From: a virus
Lineage: Duplodnaviria; Caudoviricetes
IMG/VR virus record: IMGVR_UViG_3300047474_000368
Location: 1 to 34,269 of that record
Reading direction: 5' to 3' (one strand)
Length of the DNA stretch: 34,269 bases
The notes under the pieces were generated by a model. That model was not told the DNA's origin. It saw nothing but the letters and a program-made list of their open reading frames with translations, and searched no databases. Position 1 is the first letter of the stretch. Each line of letters starts with the position of its first letter. The position numbers and the translations under genes are program-made. Shown one piece after another: positions 25,814 through 33,946 of the stretch.

Positions 25814-26219
25814 AAAGAAATTTAAAGATACTCAGGTAGGTCAATTCTTACTTAATAAGATACCTAACGTAGTAGAAGCTGTTGCAGGAGATACTTTAGC
25901 AGGAAACGTTATACAAGCCATTATAGGAGGTTCTGATATGTCCGAAGAGGATAAGTCCGTAGCATTAAAGAAACTTGAATTAGAGAGAGCAGAGATAGAT
26001 GGAGTAACTCGTAGATGGGTTGCAGATGCTCGTTCAGGTAGTTGGTTAGCAAGTAATGTTAGACCATTAACTTTAGCATTCTTTTCTATAGCTTATGTTG
26101 TAGGTTGGTTTTACGGTTTAGAACTAACTTCAATAACTGGGTTATTATCAGTTGTAATTGGAGGATACTTTGGTTCAAGGGGTGTTGAGAAGGTTTTTGG
26201 TAATAAACTACATAAGTAA
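25797..26219 (+). CDS. Holin of the 3TM (GTA_holin_3TM-like) family
   Basis: RRWVAD..S.SWL..NVRP...YFGSRGVEK. Confidence 0.8.
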   Translation: MSTTPKKKFKDTQVGQFLLNKIPNVVEAVAGDTLAGNVIQAIIGGSDMSEEDKSVALKKLELERAEIDGVTRRWVADARSGSWLASNVRPLTLAFFSIAYVVGWFYGLELTSITGLLSVVIGGYFGSRGVEKVFGNKLHK

Positions 26220-26229
26220 ACATAGTATA

Positions 26230-26377
26230 CAGCTCTAAAAGAAAACAAAGAAAGAAAAAGAGTAAAAAGAAAGAAAGAAAAGAAAAAGCCCCCTAGAAAA
26301 ACAAAATTTCAAAGTATCTGATCCAACTATATCTCTGTAGAAGTTTGGTAATTTTTAAGGTAGATTTACTGCTACCG
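26230..26377 (-). ncRNA. Candidate antisense non-coding RNA with polypyrimidine tail
   Basis: Perfect host promoter upstream, three short hairpins, G5, then ~50 nt of U/C; no ORF. Confidence 0.5.
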
Positions 26378-26382
26378 TTTTG

Positions 26383-26413
26383 CAAATATATATTTTTTAG
26401 TTAATTTCACAAA
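26383..26413 (-). promoter_or_regulatory. Consensus Bacteroidota promoter on the minus strand
   Basis: TTTG (26413-26410)-N19-TATATTTG (26390-26383). Confidence 0.8.
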
Positions 26414-26779
26414 ATGGAATATAAATATTTTCGTTTTGAGGAATTCGATTGCCCTGGCTTACCGGGTTCTGGTTATAAGTATATGGATAGAGAATTTATT
26501 GATATGCTAGATGAAGCTAGGGATATTGCAGGGATAAGATTTAAGATACTTAGTGGTTATATAAGTAGCACCTATAATAACATACATTACAAGGCTTCTA
26601 CAACATCTTCTCACTTAATAGGTAGGGCAGCACATATTGAGTGTGTAAATGCCGGAAAACGTCTTAAAATCATTGAGGCATTGTCTATGGTTGGATTTAA
26701 ACGTATGGGGTTGCACCGTAAATACATTCACGTTGACAATGATGACCTTAAACCAGATATGATTTGGTTTATAACGTAA
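26414..26779 (+). CDS. Second M15 peptidase paralog with substituted catalytic residues
   Basis: Colinear with 25168-25518 but SGYI for SGYR and SSH(x6)H for SSH(x6)D. Confidence 0.8.
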   Translation: MEYKYFRFEEFDCPGLPGSGYKYMDREFIDMLDEARDIAGIRFKILSGYISSTYNNIHYKASTTSSHLIGRAAHIECVNAGKRLKIIEALSMVGFKRMGLHRKYIHVDNDDLKPDMIWFIT

Positions 26780-26827
26780 GTTGTTTTAATTTTATAGTGA
26801 AATTAATCGGATATTAATTCTTGGACG

Positions 26828-26864
26828 AAGAAGGGGGGTGAACAGTAGTAGCCCCTCTTTTTTT
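26828..26864 (+). terminator. Intrinsic terminator ending the lysis region
   Basis: AAGAAGGGGGGT...GCCCCTCTT followed by a T run. Confidence 0.7.
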
Positions 26865-26894
26865 ATATACAAATGTTAAAATTTGTTAAAATTG

Positions 26895-26923
26895 TTGTTC
26901 ATAATGATTTTTTTGTAATTTAG
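26895..26923 (+). promoter_or_regulatory. Host-type promoter variant for the recombination/replication operon
   Basis: TTG-N18-TAATTTAG, 16 nt before ATG 26940. Confidence 0.5.
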
Positions 26924-26939
26924 TGGAAAATAAATAACA

Positions 26940-27134
26940 ATGAAACATTTTTATGACCTTTCCTCTTACTTCACAATGAGGATATCAGCACTAGAGAATA
27001 AGAACAGAGAGCAGACTCAAGAGATTGATAGACTCAGAACATTCTTGTTTGAGGTGTGTGATCCAGATTGTCCTAATGAATATAAGGATGTTGTAAGGAA
27101 GGAGATTGTTAAAGAAGAATTATTAACCGATTAA
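26940..27134 (+). CDS. Hypothetical coiled-coil protein
   Basis: ORF track; first gene after the promoter. Confidence 0.6.
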   Translation: MKHFYDLSSYFTMRISALENKNREQTQEIDRLRTFLFEVCDPDCPNEYKDVVRKEIVKEELLTD

Positions 27135-27145
27135 ATTTTATTATT

Positions 27146-27697
27146 ATGAACATTGTAGAAAAACTACTAGCAATTCAAACGGAGCTCAAGGCTCCTAAGA
27201 ACCAAACCAACAAGTTTGGTAATTACAAGTACAGAAGTGCAGAGGATATCCTTGAAGCACTTAAGCCTTACCTGTCTAAATATAAGGTGAGTGTAAAAGT
27301 CAATAATGTGACTACAGAAATATGCGGTATGCCTTGTGTTACTGCTACAGCCAAGATAATTGATGCGGAAGACCCTAATTCAGTTATAGAGGCCACAGAC
27401 GATGCTTTTATTGAACTCAACGCAAAAGGTATGCAAATGCCACAGAAGTCCGGTTCAGCATCTTCATACGCTAAGAAATATGCTTTAGGTAATCTATTTT
27501 TATTAGATGACACTAAAGATTCAGACGCCACTAATGATCACAAATCCACTTATTCAGCTAAGCCTAGCTTGACTAAAAAAGATGCGTCTTATGAAAGAGT
27601 TGTGTCTTACATTACCGGTGGAGGTGATATCAATGAGGTGTTTAAAAAGTATAGTGTGAGTTCTACACTCAAAAAAGAACTAGAAAGTTTAGTTTAA
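27146..27697 (+). CDS. erf: ERF-family single-strand annealing recombinase
   Basis: ELKAPK.Q.NKFG.YKYRSAEDILEA...GSASSYAKKYAL..LF..DD..DSD. Confidence 0.9.
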   Translation: MNIVEKLLAIQTELKAPKNQTNKFGNYKYRSAEDILEALKPYLSKYKVSVKVNNVTTEICGMPCVTATAKIIDAEDPNSVIEATDDAFIELNAKGMQMPQKSGSASSYAKKYALGNLFLLDDTKDSDATNDHKSTYSAKPSLTKKDASYERVVSYITGGGDINEVFKKYSVSSTLKKELESLV

Positions 27698-27714
27698 TTA
27701 ATTAATTATTTATT

Positions 27715-27981
27715 ATGAGTACAATTGTAAATGCAAGTTTAGACTTAAGCAAAATAGAAAAGTCTAAAATTATCAAAGGTAAAAAGGGTAGCTATATTAA
27801 TGTTACTATGTTTATCAATGATGAAGTTGATCAGTATGGGAATAACGCTTCCGTTATTGTGTCCCAGACTAAGGAAGAAAGAGAAGCGAAGACACCTAGA
27901 GTTTATTTAGGGAATGGAAGAACGGTTGGTAATGGCCAACCAAAAGCAGAGGAAACCGTAATTGACGGTTTAAACTTCTAG
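27715..27981 (+). CDS. Putative non-canonical ssDNA-binding protein
   Basis: Follows ERF; small and beta-rich; C-terminal IDGLNF resembles the SSB DDLPF tail. Confidence 0.5.
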   Translation: MSTIVNASLDLSKIEKSKIIKGKKGSYINVTMFINDEVDQYGNNASVIVSQTKEEREAKTPRVYLGNGRTVGNGQPKAEETVIDGLNF

Positions 27982-27988
27982 ATTAAAT

Positions 27989-28019
27989 AGGGTGGCTTAA
28001 CGGTCACCCTCTTTATTTT
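27989..28019 (+). terminator. Intrinsic terminator
   Basis: AGGGTGGC-ttaacg-GTCACCCT followed by a T-rich tract. Confidence 0.7.
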
Positions 28020-28022
28020 ATT

Positions 28023-28451
28023 ATGATAGAGAACAAGATTAAAATATTATCCGAATATTTATCCAGGCAAAACAATATGACTTGGAAAGAAAAGAAAGCA
28101 TTCAATGATGTTGTAGAGCACTGTACTGCCTTAGACAATCATTATAAAGACAAAACATTATATCTTGAAAGGTTAGCATCTTGGTACATTGACCATATGT
28201 TTGAACTTAATCAGGACCATATAGATGAGGTTAGTTATGAATTCGTTAAGAACATATTGATTGACAAATTATCTTTCATACTAAAGACACCATCTAAATA
28301 CAATTACGATAGTATTGAAAATAATATTATGGCTTTAGATATTAGAAATAATAATAAATTAAAGCCTTATGGAAGTATATCCGAAGCTATAGAGCTCTTT
28401 ATAAAGGATGCTATAGTTTACAACACCAAGGATGAATATGAATCAACTTAA
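28023..28451 (+). CDS. Hypothetical protein
   Basis: ORF track; operon packing. Confidence 0.6.
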   Translation: MIENKIKILSEYLSRQNNMTWKEKKAFNDVVEHCTALDNHYKDKTLYLERLASWYIDHMFELNQDHIDEVSYEFVKNILIDKLSFILKTPSKYNYDSIENNIMALDIRNNNKLKPYGSISEAIELFIKDAIVYNTKDEYEST

Positions 28452-29265
28452 AATAGATTATGAAACAAAATACAAAAGAATCCTGGAGGATAGCTATGTT
28501 GACCCTAAAGCAAATGTATCACTCCCGCCCATTGCCGTTTCTTTTGGCTGCAGTAGTGGTGCTAATCCTGTCCCCATTGGTATTGGTAGTTATGGGAATT
28601 TCAGCTTTGTACAGGCTCCTCCAAAGAGTAAGAAAACGTTCTTCCTTTCGTTAATGGCTATGGCCTATATGGCAGGAGAGACTAATAGAACCACAGGTAT
28701 GAAAGGTTATAGAGAAGGTAAAAAACTTATTCACTACGATACTGAGCAAGGTAGATTCCACGCTCATAGAGTATTCCGCAGAGTTACAGATACTTGCGGT
28801 CAGTCTGATGACTATCTTACTTATGCTCTTAGACAGTATTCACCTATGGAAAGGTTAGACTTTATCGATTGGCACTTGAACAATACTGAAGATGTTGGGT
28901 TAGTTATAATAGACGGTATTGTAGATTTAATGTTAGACAGTAATGATCTAAAGGAATCTAGCAAGGTCGTTCAGTATTTAATGAAATGGACTCAAGAACT
29001 GAATATCCATATAATCACAGCAATTCATTCGAATTGGAACTCGGAGAAACCTACCGGACACTTAGGTTCATTCTTAGAGAAGAAAGCAGAGACACAAATA
29101 GCACTAGAACTATCAGACCAAAAGAACATAGCAATTGTCAAATGTATGCGGAGCAGAGGGTTTCCTTTTGATAAGTTTGCATTTGAAGTAGACTACGATG
29201 GTCTACCTAATATTTTAGAGTCTATACCTGAAGAGATAGACAAAGACAAATATTTAAGAATATGA
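28432..29265 (+). CDS. RecA-fold ATPase (AAA_25/RepA-like SF4 helicase candidate)
   Basis: Variant Walker A APPKSKKT, YDTEQ, Walker B IIDG, IH.N...GHLGS...KAET, RSR finger. Confidence 0.75.
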   Translation: MNMNQLKIDYETKYKRILEDSYVDPKANVSLPPIAVSFGCSSGANPVPIGIGSYGNFSFVQAPPKSKKTFFLSLMAMAYMAGETNRTTGMKGYREGKKLIHYDTEQGRFHAHRVFRRVTDTCGQSDDYLTYALRQYSPMERLDFIDWHLNNTEDVGLVIIDGIVDLMLDSNDLKESSKVVQYLMKWTQELNIHIITAIHSNWNSEKPTGHLGSFLEKKAETQIALELSDQKNIAIVKCMRSRGFPFDKFAFEVDYDGLPNILESIPEEIDKDKYLRI

Positions 29266-29348
29266 TTTTATATATAGCATCTTTTATTATCTTCATTGTA
29301 TTACTTGCATCAATGTTTTTTGATGTAGATAATAATAATAGTAAATGA
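29262..29348 (+). CDS. Membrane micro-peptide, 28 aa
   Basis: MILYIASFIIFIVLLASMFF...; ATGA overlaps on both sides. Confidence 0.55.
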   Translation: MILYIASFIIFIVLLASMFFDVDNNNSK

Positions 29349-29800
29349 GGAGAAGAAAATCTAGTAAGAGAGGTCCAGTACAAGCAAAGAAAATAACTTA
29401 TGACGGAATTAAGTTTGCTTCAGGGTTAGAGAGATATATGTATATGGTATTAAAGAAAAACAAAATCAAAGCAGATTACGAGGGTGAGACATTCGTCCTT
29501 ATAGATAGATTTGATTTTCCTAATGAATCTTATGAGAGACAAGCCAATAGTAAAGGTGAGTTTAAGAACAGAGGTTCAAAGAGGATATTACCAATTAAGT
29601 ATACACCGGACTTTATCGGTGAAGATTTTATAATTGAGACGAAGGGTAGAGCCAACGAGTCATTCCCTATGAGATGGAAACTGTTTAAAAGATTAATTGC
29701 AGAACAGTATCCTGCGTACACCTTATACAAACCACAAAATCAAAAGGAATGTGATAGGGTTGTAGAACTTATATTAGAGAACCAAGAATCTAAGAAATGA
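29345..29800 (+). CDS. Endonuclease I-like PD-(D/E)xK nuclease (resolvase candidate)
   Basis: FASGLE...YTPDF...IIETKG. Confidence 0.8.
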   Translation: MRRRKSSKRGPVQAKKITYDGIKFASGLERYMYMVLKKNKIKADYEGETFVLIDRFDFPNESYERQANSKGEFKNRGSKRILPIKYTPDFIGEDFIIETKGRANESFPMRWKLFKRLIAEQYPAYTLYKPQNQKECDRVVELILENQESKK

Positions 29801-29919
29801 GAGAATTAGTTAAGAGATTTTTCACTTACACCTTGATATTTTCAGGGTTTATGTTAACTAGTACACTTTGGGTGTATATCTTTATGGTAATCATAAAGAA
29901 ACTTAAATATGCAATATGA
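29797..29919 (+). CDS. Membrane micro-protein, 40 aa
   Basis: MRELVKRFFTYTLIFSGFMLTSTLWVYIFMVIIKK; ATGA overlaps. Confidence 0.55.
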   Translation: MRELVKRFFTYTLIFSGFMLTSTLWVYIFMVIIKKLKYAI

Positions 29920-30083
29920 ATATACAATTAGAATTTATTAAGGGATTCCTATTTGGAATCGATTATTTAGAGGGCATTGAGCACTCTTCCTTCGAGGAGG
30001 GTGATATAATGTTTGACTTACTTAGAATTAGTTTAGGAATAGTATTTATACACATACCATTAAATGTTAGAGATCCTCAGTAA
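29916..30083 (+). CDS. Small hypothetical protein, 55 aa
   Basis: MNIQLEFIKGFLFGIDY...; manual translation. Confidence 0.55.
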   Translation: MNIQLEFIKGFLFGIDYLEGIEHSSFEEGDIMFDLLRISLGIVFIHIPLNVRDPQ

Positions 30084-30636
30084 AAATCATAATGTTTGGA
30101 TAGCTATGGGTTTGTCTATTGGCATCCCTGAAGATATAGTCGAGGACTTTGTCCACGAGACTTATCTAAGGCTAAACAAGTATGTTGAAAATCCTGAGAA
30201 GATAATGTATAATGAAACAGAGGTTAATAAGTTTTATGTTTATATAACTATAAAGAATCTCTGGAGCGATTATTCTAAGGCTAAATCAAAGTATGTTGTC
30301 TACAGAATAGACAATTACGATAGCGAATACATTTTTAACACCAGTGATAATATAATCTATGAAGAGGTTAATTATGAGAAGGAGAGAGCCGAGGCTTCAA
30401 TATTGAAGAAGATAAATGAAGAGGTGGAGTCTTGGGATCACTGGTATGATAAAAAGCTATTTAAGCTGTATTACAAGACCGATATGAGTATGCGTAAACT
30501 CGCTAAAGAAACTAAGATATCGGTTACATCCATTTTTAATAGTTGTAAGAATTACAAGGATATATTGAAAAGTAAATTCGGTGAGGACTTTGAAGACTAT
30601 CTGAATGGAGATTTTAATCTAATAGACCAAGAGTAA
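30064..30636 (+). CDS. ECF-like RNA polymerase sigma factor
   Basis: Region 2-like EDIVEDFVHETYLRL...FYVYITIKNLWSDY; region 4 HTH MSMRKLAKETKISVTSIFN. Confidence 0.75.
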   Translation: MLEILSKNHNVWIAMGLSIGIPEDIVEDFVHETYLRLNKYVENPEKIMYNETEVNKFYVYITIKNLWSDYSKAKSKYVVYRIDNYDSEYIFNTSDNIIYEEVNYEKERAEASILKKINEEVESWDHWYDKKLFKLYYKTDMSMRKLAKETKISVTSIFNSCKNYKDILKSKFGEDFEDYLNGDFNLIDQE

Positions 30637-30755
30637 TGGAAGATCAATTACTAGACTTCATAGATTGGTATAATGCTATGTATGAAGATTTAGAAGGTAA
30701 AACTTCTAGAGAGATAGTTAATATGTATATGTATTTTTTAAACAATAAGATATGA
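30636..30755 (+). CDS. Micro-ORF, 39 aa (MEDQLLDFIDWYNAMY...)
   Basis: TAATG and ATGA overlaps. Confidence 0.55.
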   Translation: MEDQLLDFIDWYNAMYEDLEGKTSREIVNMYMYFLNNKI

Positions 30756-31192
30756 GTGACGAAGAACAAATCCCCCCAAAACCAAAAGACAAAAGAACCA
30801 AACGCTATAAAGAATGGGTTGCTAGATATGAAAGTAGTTCATCCGGAGTTGGTGATACCGTAGAGAAGATTACTAAAGCTACGGGAATAAAGAAGGCTGT
30901 TGAGTTTGTAGCCGGAGAAGACTGTGGCTGCGATAAACGTAAGGATAAACTCAATTACCTTTTTCCTTACAATAAACCTAATTGCTTTACAGAGCAAGAA
31001 TTTGATTACCTGGAGGGTATTTTCTCTGATAAAATATGGCAAAGAAGATCACCCGATGGAGAGCAAGTCAGAAAGATATACAGTATATACAATAGGGTAT
31101 TTAATGTATCTGATACTCCTAGCGGTTGCGGTTCCTGTGTACTTAACAGGCTTAATAAGTTAGAGAGATTATATAAAGAATATCTTGATTGA
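30752..31192 (+). CDS. Hypothetical Zn-binding protein
   Basis: GDTVEKITKATGIKK..DCGCDKRK...CGSC. Confidence 0.65.
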   Translation: MSDEEQIPPKPKDKRTKRYKEWVARYESSSSGVGDTVEKITKATGIKKAVEFVAGEDCGCDKRKDKLNYLFPYNKPNCFTEQEFDYLEGIFSDKIWQRRSPDGEQVRKIYSIYNRVFNVSDTPSGCGSCVLNRLNKLERLYKEYLD

Positions 31193-31565
31193 ACAACAAC
31201 TTTTCGAACTCCTAAGAAAAGATTATTATCCCGACCTAGTCAAGGCTAAAAGTCAAATGAGTAGGTGGGATTGTTACAGTCCGACTACATTTCACAGAAT
31301 AGAACTGAAGTGCAGAAAAAAGCATTACAGTGAATTACTTATAGAGAGAAAGAAGTATGATGCTATGGTCCTTAAATGCAAGGATAACCTAGACATACCT
31401 ATCTATATTAATTCTACCCCAGAGGGAGTTTATAGATGGAATCTATATAACGTTGAGCCAGAGTGGTTTACTAAGAAGATAAAGGCTACGACGGAATTTA
31501 CAAATAATAATTTAATAGATAAAGAGATTGCCTTACTTGAGGTGATCGATGCTGAAGTGTTATGA
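31185..31565 (+). CDS. PD-(D/E)xK-like nuclease candidate
   Basis: RWDC...IELKCR; TTG start. Confidence 0.5.
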   Translation: MIEQQLFELLRKDYYPDLVKAKSQMSRWDCYSPTTFHRIELKCRKKHYSELLIERKKYDAMVLKCKDNLDIPIYINSTPEGVYRWNLYNVEPEWFTKKIKATTEFTNNNLIDKEIALLEVIDAEVL

Positions 31566-31825
31566 GTGATAGTATAAAAAAGTATAATGAAATGTTAGAG
31601 TCTGGAGAATGGACCACAGACTCAACAGGGTATAATCATTTACCCAAAGACCCTATAGTTGAAAATGTAATCAACAAATATAAGGTTAGGAGTAGGGATG
31701 GGATAACGAAGTATGGAACTACGTTATATGATTCCCCTGATGGATTCTATAAATTCCTTAATCATTTACAAGAGGAATTGATGGATGCTACTTTATATAT
31801 AGAGAAACTAAAGAAGCTGAAATGA
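31562..31825 (+). CDS. All-alpha NTP pyrophosphohydrolase (MazG-fold)-like protein
   Basis: GITKYGTTL...HLQEELMDATLY, EExxD motif. Confidence 0.45.
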   Translation: MSDSIKKYNEMLESGEWTTDSTGYNHLPKDPIVENVINKYKVRSRDGITKYGTTLYDSPDGFYKFLNHLQEELMDATLYIEKLKKLK

Positions 31826-31983
31826 AAGAATCAACATTAATAATGATGCAGAAGGATATCAAAATACTTCAACAAGCATTGGCGGTAGCTTTATACAAAA
31901 TAGAAAAAATAGAAAATGATAACAGAGGAAAGAATACGGAAGATTCAGGGGTACAAGACCTGGTCGACAAAAAGGAAAGTTGA
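31822..31983 (+). CDS. Small hypothetical protein, 53 aa (MKESTLIMMQKDIKILQQAL...)
   Basis: ATGA overlap; manual translation. Confidence 0.5.
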   Translation: MKESTLIMMQKDIKILQQALAVALYKIEKIENDNRGKNTEDSGVQDLVDKKES

Positions 31984-32164
31984 TGAGCTCCTAAAAGAGG
32001 ATGCTTGGATGTATACTAATTTAGGTATAGACTCAACAGCAACAGAGAAGAAAAAGGTTAAGTCGGTTAGTAGAAAGATATACAAAGCTATATCAGTTAT
32101 CAGTCCCTTGGATGGATATATACTAGAGGCTCATATGAATGAGAAAGATTTAACTGAGAAATGA
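31916..32164 (+). CDS. Hypothetical protein
   Basis: ORF track. Confidence 0.6.
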   Translation: MITEERIRKIQGYKTWSTKRKVDELLKEDAWMYTNLGIDSTATEKKKVKSVSRKIYKAISVISPLDGYILEAHMNEKDLTEK

Positions 32165-32195
32165 TTGTGTATATCTAAAAAAAAGATTAGCTTAG
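32165..32195 (+). promoter_or_regulatory. Host-type promoter variant, near-leaderless
   Basis: TTG-N20-TAGCTTAG-N5-ATG(32201). Confidence 0.5.
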
Positions 32196-32200
32196 CCAGT

Positions 32201-32989
32201 ATGGAAAGAATAAAACTATTTGACGGTAAGAACTGGGGTGTAGATGAAATCCTTAAACATATGGAGGATGACTCCTTCTACTATGGCTATCTAGGACAGA
32301 ATGCCTTATCGTCTTCATCAGCTAAAGATTTATACAAGTCACCAAAAACATACTTCAATAAAACAAAAGAAGTTAATTCAGATGCACCTCCATTAAGGGA
32401 AGGTAGGCTAATACACACTGTTGTGCTTGAGGAAGAGAAACTAAATGACAAATATGATTTTGTTAATATAGGTAGTAGAAGGACGAAGACTTTTGAGGCA
32501 GCACAAGAAGAAGCCAAAAGTAAAGGTAAGGAAGTAATGCTCACTAGTGAACTCAACAAGGCTAATGAACTTTGTAATGCTATTAGATTTAATAGTCACG
32601 CTAATGAACTCTTCACTAGTGGTACAGCAGAAACACCTGCAATAGGTGAGTTGTATGGTCTACCTTTCAGAGGTAAGGCTGACTACCTTAAGGATGGTCA
32701 CCTTATCGATCTTAAGACAACAGCTAAGTTAGATGGTTGGGAGAGAACTGCTAAATACCTTTGGCATTATGATATGCAAGGTTGGATTTACTGTGAGCTC
32801 TTCGGGGTGACTAAATTCACTTTTGTTGTAATAGAGAAAGGTACTGGTGATATAGGAATATTTGAACTCAGTGATGAGACTAGAGAGCTTGGCGGTAATA
32901 AAGTCAAGCAGTGCGTAAACACCTATAAGGAATACTTTATAGATAAAAGAAGTAAATTGAATGACTACACGATTAGGGGAGTCCTCTAA
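32201..32989 (+). CDS. RecE/exonuclease VIII-like PD-(D/E)xK exonuclease (DUF3799-like)
   Basis: LSSS..K.LYKSP...GRLIHTVVLE...RGKAD...IDLKTT...YDMQ..IY; start moved to ATG 32201. Confidence 0.85.
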   Translation: MERIKLFDGKNWGVDEILKHMEDDSFYYGYLGQNALSSSSAKDLYKSPKTYFNKTKEVNSDAPPLREGRLIHTVVLEEEKLNDKYDFVNIGSRRTKTFEAAQEEAKSKGKEVMLTSELNKANELCNAIRFNSHANELFTSGTAETPAIGELYGLPFRGKADYLKDGHLIDLKTTAKLDGWERTAKYLWHYDMQGWIYCELFGVTKFTFVVIEKGTGDIGIFELSDETRELGGNKVKQCVNTYKEYFIDKRSKLNDYTIRGVL

Positions 32990-33212
32990 CAAGTTCAAGG
33001 AAGAAGAAGGTTTGTATTATTATCTCACCATATTAAGTTTACTAGAAGGAGTCTCTGTTTATGAACTAGACTTGGAGTTGAAGTTCCAGGAGAAGTTAGA
33101 GAACTACGAGGCTTGTTCCGGTATAAAGAAAGCTATAGATGAGGCAGACTATAAAACTTATTCTGAATTAAAATTAATAGCCCTAGAATTAGATAACAAG
33201 TATAACTTATAA
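32961..33212 (+). CDS. Hypothetical helical protein
   Basis: ENYEACSGIKKA; ORF track. Confidence 0.55.
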   Translation: MTTRLGESSNKFKEEEGLYYYLTILSLLEGVSVYELDLELKFQEKLENYEACSGIKKAIDEADYKTYSELKLIALELDNKYNL

Positions 33213-33222
33213 ATAACAAAGA

Positions 33223-33702
33223 ATGGAACAAGAATTAGTAAGATCAATTATAGAAGAATATTATAAATTAGATTTAAATGTGAAGTCTAGGAAGACTGCT
33301 TATGTAGAGGCTAGGGCTATGTATTACAAATTATGTAGAGTACACTTCCCTCAGTTATCCTTAGATAAAATAGGTAAAGAAGTTGATAGGGATCACGCTG
33401 TAACTATTAACGGTATTAAAAGACTTGAGGGTTGGCTTACTTATGAAGATAGGATACAAAAGATATATGCAGAACTAAACGAAAAGGTTTGTGAGGTGAG
33501 TTATAAATCTAAAGGTTATGTTCGCTTTGAAGATACAGAGGAACTTTATGAGTCTAAGTATAAAGCATTGTTAGAAGATTATAATGAACTAGCTAGAAAG
33601 TTTTTATTCCTAAGAGCTTCTTTAGCTAAGTATGAACCCAACAGGGTTAACTCAGATGTATTCGCACTAAAAGAAGAGAAGTATGCCAAGAAAAAAGCCT
33701 AG
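33223..33702 (+). CDS. DnaA C-terminal (domain IV) HTH-like protein with coiled coil
   Basis: KSRK..V.ARAM..L......SL..IG....RDH..(T)I.G..R matches the DnaA signature. Confidence 0.75.
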   Translation: MEQELVRSIIEEYYKLDLNVKSRKTAYVEARAMYYKLCRVHFPQLSLDKIGKEVDRDHAVTINGIKRLEGWLTYEDRIQKIYAELNEKVCEVSYKSKGYVRFEDTEELYESKYKALLEDYNELARKFLFLRASLAKYEPNRVNSDVFALKEEKYAKKKA

Positions 33703-33946
33703 AATACAAGAAGCCATTATAAATCAAGATGCCGCTAAGTGGTGTCTTGATAGAGGATATAAGATATACCCAATACCAGTGGAGTTTAAAGAGATTAAGT
33801 ATAAGAATAAACTAGGTGTTAAGTTTAAACTTGTTGTAGAATTTGGTGGTGATAAGAGGGTTGGTGAGAAAGAATACACACAGAAAGAATGGCCAATAGC
33901 AATATGGTCTGTATATAATTTTTTATATAATAAACATAATGGGTAG
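33683..33946 (+). CDS. Hypothetical protein
   Basis: ORF track. Confidence 0.6.
   Translation: MPRKKPRIQEAIINQDAAKWCLDRGYKIYPIPVEFKEIKYKNKLGVKFKLVVEFGGDKRVGEKEYTQKEWPIAIWSVYNFLYNKHNG

Noticed and set aside
26220-26340. Lys/Arg-rich plus-strand peptide or replication-gene remnant in the purine tract
   Set aside because: No start codon and all frames close quickly; treated as non-coding.
32165-32200. TTG start for the RecE-like gene
   Set aside because: The sequence matches a promoter; ATG 32201 is the more plausible start.
1051-32998. Shadow ORFs in the track (e.g. 1051-1386, 2204-2464, 3566-3754, 4198-4386, 12208-12462, 13843-14169, 25187-25549, 27268-27531, 30924-31163, 32287-32559, 32729-32998)
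   Set aside because: They overlap better-supported genes on the other strand or frame, with no motifs or expression signals.
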